From Syntrophales bacterium (GTDB lineage: Bacteria; Desulfobacterota; Syntrophia; Syntrophales; PHBD01): a stretch of DNA of 64,000 nucleotides. Of the stretch, positions 58,188-64,000 are shown in pieces. The notes under the pieces were generated by a model. That model was not told the origin of the DNA. It searched no databases and saw only the letters and a list, made by a program, of their open reading frames with translations. Location: NCBI GenBank assembly GCA_963668175.1, contig OY764159.1, forward strand, positions 1,184,001 to 1,248,000, written 5' to 3'. A program made the position numbers and the translations under genes. The number at the start of each line of letters is the position of its first letter. The stretch's first letter is position 1.

Positions 58188-58303
58188 AATCCGATATATC
58201 GATCTTTAAAGCTGTCCATGAAATACGAAAATCCGTCGCCGTTCATATCGTGTTATTGAGGGGTTGGCAACCTATTTTCTTGGCGCCGGGCTGAGTCCGG
58301 CCG

Positions 58304-59167
58304 TTACATGCCTTTCGTCTCTTCGTAGATAACCTTGTATCGCGTCAGTTTTTCCCGGGCGGCGGTTTTATCTCTCAAAAATGGCATCGTCGCCCGCAGA
58401 CTGAATATCCGCCAGCGGGCCTTCATGATGTCGGCTCGCCTGATGCGATCGACGGTTTCCGGGCGGTAATGTTTCCGATAGAAGTGATATTCCGCCCGCA
58501 CTTTTTTCCTCCATCGCTCAGCCGTCGGGGATTGTCTTTCGCTCTGTCCCCCGACGTGCATGACAACGGCGTTTTCGGCGTAGCCGATTTCATAACCCGC
58601 CTCCCTTATCCTCAGGCAGAGATCCTCGTCCTCGCCGTAGAGGAAGAAGGATTCGTCAAAACCGTTGACGGCGCGGATGATATCTGTTCTTGCCGCCATG
58701 GCGGCGCCGAGAACGCAGGCGATACGGCCGGGGAGGGCAGAGAGTTCGCCTGCTGCGTATTGTTCGCCCGGATAACGCTGGGAGACGGACTCCTGGTCGG
58801 TCCCGTCGGGGTTGACCATCCGGGCGCCTGCCAGGCCGACGAGGGGATTCCGTTCAAGAAAATCGCCGAGCGTCTTTAGGGTACGAAGCGGCAGCACCGT
58901 GTCGGGGTTGAGGAAGAAAATGAACCGCCCACGGCACAAGGGAAGGACCTGGTTGTTGGCGGCCGCGAATCCCCGGTTTTCGATGTTGGCAGTGAGATGA
59001 ACACCGGGAAATTGCCTGCGGATGACATCGGTGCTGTTATCCGTCGAGGCATTGTCGACAACGAATATCTCCTTTTCGCAATCCTCGCTTGCAAGCGCAG
59101 ACGCCAGGCATTCGCCGATGAGATCGGCCGTGTTATAAGACACGATAACGATGGAAAAATCGATCAC
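58304..59167 (-). CDS. Glycosyltransferase family 2
   Basis: IVIVSYN, VVDNAS, NRGFAAANN, LNPD, FFLYGEDEDL. Confidence 0.93.
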   Translation of the reverse strand: MIDFSIVIVSYNTADLIGECLASALASEDCEKEIFVVDNASTDNSTDVIRRQFPGVHLTANIENRGFAAANNQVLPLCRGRFIFFLNPDTVLPLRTLKTLGDFLERNPLVGLAGARMVNPDGTDQESVSQRYPGEQYAAGELSALPGRIACVLGAAMAARTDIIRAVNGFDESFFLYGEDEDLCLRIREAGYEIGYAENAVVMHVGGQSERQSPTAERWRKKVRAEYHFYRKHYRPETVDRIRRADIMKARWRIFSLRATMPFLRDKTAAREKLTRYKVIYEETKGM

Positions 59168-59179
59168 GCCTCACTCCTG

Positions 59180-60343
59180 TCAGCGCCGGGATATGTCATC
59201 ATAGATCGCCTCCATCTTTGTCGCTGCGGCATCCCAGGCGCACGCTTCCGCCGTCCGCCGGGCTGCCCCGCCGAGGGTGTGCCGCGTTTCATCGGAGAGA
59301 AGCCTTGCGATCCGGTCGGCTATGGCGTCGCTGTCATCCGGACTATCGATGACGTAGCCGTTCTCTCCCTCACGGACAAGGTCCTTCGCCCCGACGCGGC
59401 CGCTGATGATTACGGGCAAAGAGGCGGCCATGGCCTCCAGGACGACCATCCCGAATGTATCGAACTGAGAGAGCATGGCATAAACATCCGCCGCCATATA
59501 AATTCTGTCCAGTGTGTCCCTTTTGACGACGCCGGTGAAGACGAGTCTCTCTTCCACGCCGAGGTTGCGGGCCAACGTCCTGTACTTTTGCTGATCGCCT
59601 TTCCCCACGATCACCAATTTCAATCCTGAAGAGGGATGCTTTTCCAGGACTTTGGCCACGGCGGCGATCAGCCGGTCAAGGCCTTTGACGTCGAAATTCA
59701 TGGAAACGAAGAGGACGACGATGTCGTCCTTCCCGATCACGTAGTGTTCCCTCATGTCCCGGCGGCACTCGTTGCGGTCAAGGCCAGCGTATGCAGACAA
59801 GGCGACGCCGGGATGCATCACTTCGATCCTCGTTGCTTCAAGGTCGGGGTACGCCTCAAGCAGAACGTCCCGGGTCAGCGTCGATACGGGCATAATGCGG
59901 CGGCAGGCCGGGTTCCGGATCAGGCAGCCCTCGACCCACGCCGTGCCCCGGTCGAAGAGGGACGGCCATCGCTTCCGTCTGATTCTTTCGATCCAGATAC
60001 GGTGAGGGATGCCGTGCATCGTGAAAATATCGGCAGAGAATATTCGGTCGTGGGTGTGGATAACATCAACATTGAGGCGGGTTAGGGCCTGTTGAACAAA
60101 ATAGGCGAAGCTGATCGTCGTCAGGAATTTAGGGAAACGGATGATGGGTATTTTATGAAAAAAGACGTGCTCCGACCGGGCAGACCAGCGATTGGCGAGG
60201 ACATGCATCTCAAAGCGGCCCTTGGCGGCGATCCGTTCGGTCAACTCGGCCGCAAATCCTTCCGCACCTCCGACGAGGCCGTATTTGGGAATGACGACGG
60301 CGATTTTCTTAATCGTTTCGGATGGCAAGTTGGCTGAAATCAT
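59180..60343 (-). CDS. Glycosyltransferase family 4
   Basis: GGAE, KGLD, DTFGMVVLEAMAASLPVI. Confidence 0.93.
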   Translation of the reverse strand: MISANLPSETIKKIAVVIPKYGLVGGAEGFAAELTERIAAKGRFEMHVLANRWSARSEHVFFHKIPIIRFPKFLTTISFAYFVQQALTRLNVDVIHTHDRIFSADIFTMHGIPHRIWIERIRRKRWPSLFDRGTAWVEGCLIRNPACRRIMPVSTLTRDVLLEAYPDLEATRIEVMHPGVALSAYAGLDRNECRRDMREHYVIGKDDIVVLFVSMNFDVKGLDRLIAAVAKVLEKHPSSGLKLVIVGKGDQQKYRTLARNLGVEERLVFTGVVKRDTLDRIYMAADVYAMLSQFDTFGMVVLEAMAASLPVIISGRVGAKDLVREGENGYVIDSPDDSDAIADRIARLLSDETRHTLGGAARRTAEACAWDAAATKMEAIYDDISRR

Positions 60344-60353
60344 GCGTCAAAGT

Positions 60354-61619
60354 TCAAGTTTGATTCGCTTCTCGAAGGGAATCCGGTTTCTGTTCCATAT
60401 GCCACAAGACGGTCATCATGCCCATGACGAGATAGAGCGCGATGGCCGGCGGACCGCTTAAAGTGTTTTCGAAAAGACTCTGGGTAAAAAGAGCGGCGAA
60501 GGCGGCAAGAAGACATAGACCCCATTCCCTCACATACGGGGACCTTCCTTTCCTGATGAGACCGAGAGCCATCTTCACGAAAGCATAGACTGCATAAAGA
60601 AAGAAAGCCAGCCCCACGAGTCCCGTCCGTACGGCAACGTCTATTATGCTGTTGTGAGGAGCCCTGGCAGGAGCGGACTGCTGGTACCGGGCAGGCAGGC
60701 GGGCATTGTATTTCTCCAGAAGACTTTTCTCGCCGTAGGCCTCCATGCCGAAGCCGATGCCGGCAATGGGGTAGTCCTTCACGATTTCGATATAGTTCAG
60801 GGCGATCTTGAGACGGTCCGTTATTTTTAGCTTTGCCATGAGGTCGGATGGTGAAAAACGGTCCCTCACGGGCATGATAAGGAGGGCCAACAGGAGGAAC
60901 GCTGCCAGGAAAGCAGAAATGCGCCTGTGCTTCATGATCAGGGGTGCCATGACGGCAAGAGAGACTATCATGGCGACGAGGGCACTTCTCGCCATCGTAG
61001 CGAGGGTGGCGACGCCGAGGATTGCCAGACATGCCAAGGCTGTCGCCCGGCCGTAAGGAGTTTTATCCCGGATCAGAGAGCCAAGGGCGAGAACCATGGG
61101 GAATAGGGTCAAGGTGCCGATGATGTTGGAAGAGAGTTCGTCAATGGAGACCAGACCGAGCTTCGTATCCAACGAGAACCCCTGGACGGCGTAGAAATAG
61201 ATCAAGGCCCAGAGGGCAAAGACCGTACTGGAACCGACAACGACGCCTATAAGCATGGATAACCGTTTCTCGTCGGGAAAGAAATGAACGACGAGATAGA
61301 GGAAGATCAGGTATTGGACAAGATGGGCATAAAAGTCGTGGATGCCGTTTTGGCGGTCTAGGGCAAAGACGAGTCCCACGAGAGACCATGCGGCAAAAAG
61401 GGCAAAAGGCAGCGTCAAAGGATTCCGGAAATGGAACGTCTTTTTCCCTGCGATATAGAGAATGATGGCGAACAAGAAAGACGCGTAGAAGCTGATGTTT
61501 TCGATGGCCGTCTTATGCGGGAAGGGATTAATCGCGATATAAACGCCAAGCAGAAAGGGGATACTGCCTGCCAGGAGCCGGAAAGCAACGGAATTCGCAC
61601 GAATCATTTTTACTTGCAT
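60354..61619 (-). CDS. O-antigen ligase family membrane protein
   Basis: Multi-TM; TMARSA, PIAGIGFG, APHNS. Confidence 0.88.
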   Translation of the reverse strand: MQVKMIRANSVAFRLLAGSIPFLLGVYIAINPFPHKTAIENISFYASFLFAIILYIAGKKTFHFRNPLTLPFALFAAWSLVGLVFALDRQNGIHDFYAHLVQYLIFLYLVVHFFPDEKRLSMLIGVVVGSSTVFALWALIYFYAVQGFSLDTKLGLVSIDELSSNIIGTLTLFPMVLALGSLIRDKTPYGRATALACLAILGVATLATMARSALVAMIVSLAVMAPLIMKHRRISAFLAAFLLLALLIMPVRDRFSPSDLMAKLKITDRLKIALNYIEIVKDYPIAGIGFGMEAYGEKSLLEKYNARLPARYQQSAPARAPHNSIIDVAVRTGLVGLAFFLYAVYAFVKMALGLIRKGRSPYVREWGLCLLAAFAALFTQSLFENTLSGPPAIALYLVMGMMTVLWHMEQKPDSLREANQT

Positions 61620-61707
61620 GCTTTCATGCCGCTCTGGATTATAAGCGCCGCCACCGCATCTGCCGATCGAATCTGCAAACGCTTTCGGGCGGTTCCCTGC
61701 GCCGGCG

Positions 61708-62919
61708 TCATTTTCTTCTTTTTTCCGGCTTCTTCTTTATAAGATCGGCAAAGGACCCCATCGATGCCGGGGCTTTATTGACATACGCCCGGTAATCGTC
61801 CGCCGGTTCTTTTGACGGCTTTTCCGTTTCTGCTTCCACGTCGGCCGCCGCCGGGGACAGGGATATTTTCCGTTGCCCCTTGTCCACCGAATCGACTTTC
61901 ACTTCGATGGCATCCCCTTCCTTCACGACGTCGCGGGGATGTTGGATACGCTTGCCGCGGCCGAGCTTGGAGATATGGACCAGTCCATCCACCCCAGGCC
62001 CGAGATTGACAAAGGCGCCGAAGGCCGCCAGGCGGACGACGGTTCCCGTATGGAGCGTGCCTTCCGGATACTTTGCCAGCGCTTCTTCCCATGGGTCGGC
62101 CAGCGTTTCTTTCAGAGAGAGGCTGATGCGGTTCTTTTCCCAGTCCAGACGTGTTATGGCTACGTCCATGGTTTGTCCCACGGCCAGACGTTCATGGATG
62201 TCCTCCACGCGCTCCCAGCCGATCTCCGATATGGGCAGGAGCCCCTGGATACCTCCTATGTCCATGAATGCGCCGAAGGGCTTGATGGATGCCACTGTTC
62301 CTTTGACGACCATGCCCTCTTTCAGGCTCGCCTTCAGGGCCTCCTCATCCTTCTTGCGCTGTTCTTCCAGAAGGACCCTGGCGGACAGGATGATATTGCG
62401 CCCCTGTTCTCCGTACTGGGTGATTCGGAAGGTAATACGCCGCCCTATATAGCCCTGAGAATTCTCTATTCTCTGAAGGGCCATCTGAGAAAAGGGACAG
62501 AAACCCCGCATAGCCCCGGCCAGTTTGACCTCGAACCCTCCCTTGACTTCCTTTTCCACCAGACCTTCGATCGGGACGCCGTTCTGCCACACCTCTTCCA
62601 GGTGTTTGCGGGCGGAATCTCCGGCGCCTATCTTGGTCGTGAAAAGTTTTTCGTTGTGTTTCGAGGAGAGGAAGTAGGCCGTGATGGTATCGCCTTCCTT
62701 GACCTGGAGGTTGCCGTCGTCGTCGGTCAGTTCCTTCCTGTCGAGATAACCCTCGTTCTTGCCGCCCAGATCGATGAATATCCAGTCGTTGGCAATCTTG
62801 ACGACGGTGGCTTCAATCTTCTGCCCCGGTTTCAGATAATCCTTCTTGATTGCCGTTTTTGCAAACAGTTCGGCGAATGTAAGCTCTTCATCCAATGTGT
62901 CTTTTTCATCTGCTGACAT
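61708..62919 (-). CDS. rpsA: Ribosomal protein S1-like protein, four S1 domains
   Basis: FAELF, repeated FGAF.D/N.G.GL..ISE/K; 403 aa; possibly a second paralog. Confidence 0.8.
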   Translation of the reverse strand: MSADEKDTLDEELTFAELFAKTAIKKDYLKPGQKIEATVVKIANDWIFIDLGGKNEGYLDRKELTDDDGNLQVKEGDTITAYFLSSKHNEKLFTTKIGAGDSARKHLEEVWQNGVPIEGLVEKEVKGGFEVKLAGAMRGFCPFSQMALQRIENSQGYIGRRITFRITQYGEQGRNIILSARVLLEEQRKKDEEALKASLKEGMVVKGTVASIKPFGAFMDIGGIQGLLPISEIGWERVEDIHERLAVGQTMDVAITRLDWEKNRISLSLKETLADPWEEALAKYPEGTLHTGTVVRLAAFGAFVNLGPGVDGLVHISKLGRGKRIQHPRDVVKEGDAIEVKVDSVDKGQRKISLSPAAADVEAETEKPSKEPADDYRAYVNKAPASMGSFADLIKKKPEKRRK

Positions 62920-63292
62920 GTATGGCTGTCCTTATGTAAAATTATTGTCGTACCTGTGAATGTGGCCGCTATGGCCTTCCTTGACCGAATATGCCGCCAC
63001 TGCCCGAAGGGACTTCCAGGCCGTAACTCCATAATCTTGTTTGAGATGGAATAGCTTTAAGATGCACCCGGATCGGTCATGGATGATATTGTTTCCTGCC
63101 TATCATTACTCGAAATATTTCGCAACCGTCTTTCCCGTTTCGCCGGTTAACGCCTTTCGTCATATCCCCGGATGGAATCCGCCGATTCTGCACGTGTGGC
63201 ATTAAGTCTGGAAAACGCCTTGCTTCCCGCCCATGTCCTTCATCCCGAAAAGCAGGGAATGTTGTCCGTTTTTGTCCGGCTACCGCCTGCCA

Positions 63293-63330
63293 AAAAGGGG
63301 CAAACTGGAAGCAGTTGGCCCCTCTGTTTT
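63293..63330 (-). terminator. Terminator downstream of tRNA-Gln
   Basis: AGGGGC...GCCCCT stem; A-run on + strand is the U-tract on - strand. Confidence 0.6.
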
Positions 63331-63333
63331 GCA

Positions 63334-63407
63334 TGGCTGGGAGAGAGGGATTCGAACCCCCATTCACGGAGTCAGAGTCCGTTGTCCTACCATTGAACGA
63401 TCTCCCA
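63334..63407 (-). tRNA. tRNA-Gln(CUG)
   Basis: Reverse complement TGGGAGATCGTTCAATGGTAGGACAACGGACTCTGACTCCGTGAATGGGGGTTCGAATCCCTCTCTCCCAGCCA. Confidence 0.96.
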
Positions 63408-63519
63408 ACAATTTACGGCTACGGATGCTGCGTTCATAACATTAACGGTTGCCGTTATCAACAGAAAAATGGCCGTCCCGTTCCGGAATCCCTCAGCCGC
63501 ATCGGCCGGGCGTTTCCGG

Positions 63520-64000
63520 CTAGATTCCCCGGTCCAGCCAGCGTTTCAGGCCGGTCGACTCTTCATTGTCCCAGCGGGGGGAGAGGCGGACCTTCATGAA
63601 GGCCTCAAAGAGTTCCACCATGGTTTCGATGGCCGTCTCCAGCAGGTAGATTCTTTCCATGATAAGCCCGTCCCGGTCCTGTTCGTTGTCATCCGGCTCG
63701 GGCATAACGGGGAGCTTCAGCGACTGAAACTGGAAACGGTCCGCCTTGAAGGTGAATTCCCACTGGTTGCTGTCCCGCTCCAGCTTGATCCGGGCCTCCT
63801 TGATCTTCTTGCCGCGGCGCAGGGCCTCTTTCCCTTCGCTAAGCCCCGCGTGGAGTCCCTGACAGACGACCGTCTCGGAATACTCGCCTTCGCCCGATTC
63901 GAGGACGATGCGGCGGATGAACTCGACGGCGACGTCGCCCCGGCCGGGAATCAGGACCGAACCGTTTCTCTCTTCGCTCTTGAACCACAACCAGGTAAGA
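63520..64000 (-). CDS. Conserved hypothetical protein (possibly RdgC-related), 5' end outside window
   Basis: Open to window edge: LTWLWFKSEERNG...EGKEALRRGK. Confidence 0.7.
   Translation of the reverse strand, partial: LTWLWFKSEERNGSVLIPGRGDVAVEFIRRIVLESGEGEYSETVVCQGLHAGLSEGKEALRRGKKIKEARIKLERDSNQWEFTFKADRFQFQSLKLPVMPEPDDNEQDRDGLIMERIYLLETAIETMVELFEAFMKVRLSPRWDNEESTGLKRWLDRGI

Overview
GC-rich bacterial chromosomal segment from an anaerobe; the gene content (triheme c7 cytochrome, AOR, class II RNR, mannose-type PTS, PEP-CTERM) suggests a Syntrophales-like Desulfobacterota member, which is inference only. It holds about 60 CDS (glnS, purA, serA, serC, radA, nrdJ, ptsH/ptsI, plsB-like, cysS, a short rpsA-like gene, an octaheme nitrite reductase, an ADH/AOR cluster and a surface-glycan cluster) and three tRNAs (Lys-UUU, Arg-ACG, Gln-CUG). 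I found no CRISPR array, rRNA, transposase or integrase. The main finding is missed by the ORF track. 27198..27956 is one reading frame encoding a 252-aa MerB (organomercurial lyase)-fold protein in which both catalytic Cys positions are in-frame UGA codons, each followed by a SECIS-like hairpin, so it is a predicted two-selenocysteine lyase. It is the last gene of a probable operon with a MerR-type 19-bp-spacer promoter, inside a block that separates two arsenosugar-associated transferase genes. Secondary findings: an orphan tandem NrdR-box pair in front of a promoter-structured RNA-terminator unit, an Fe-ADH paralog lacking all its metal ligands next to an intact one, an RHH-PilZ regulator, and a group of microproteins in an AT-rich islet after tRNA-Arg. 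All family assignments come from recognising motifs by eye; no database search was run.
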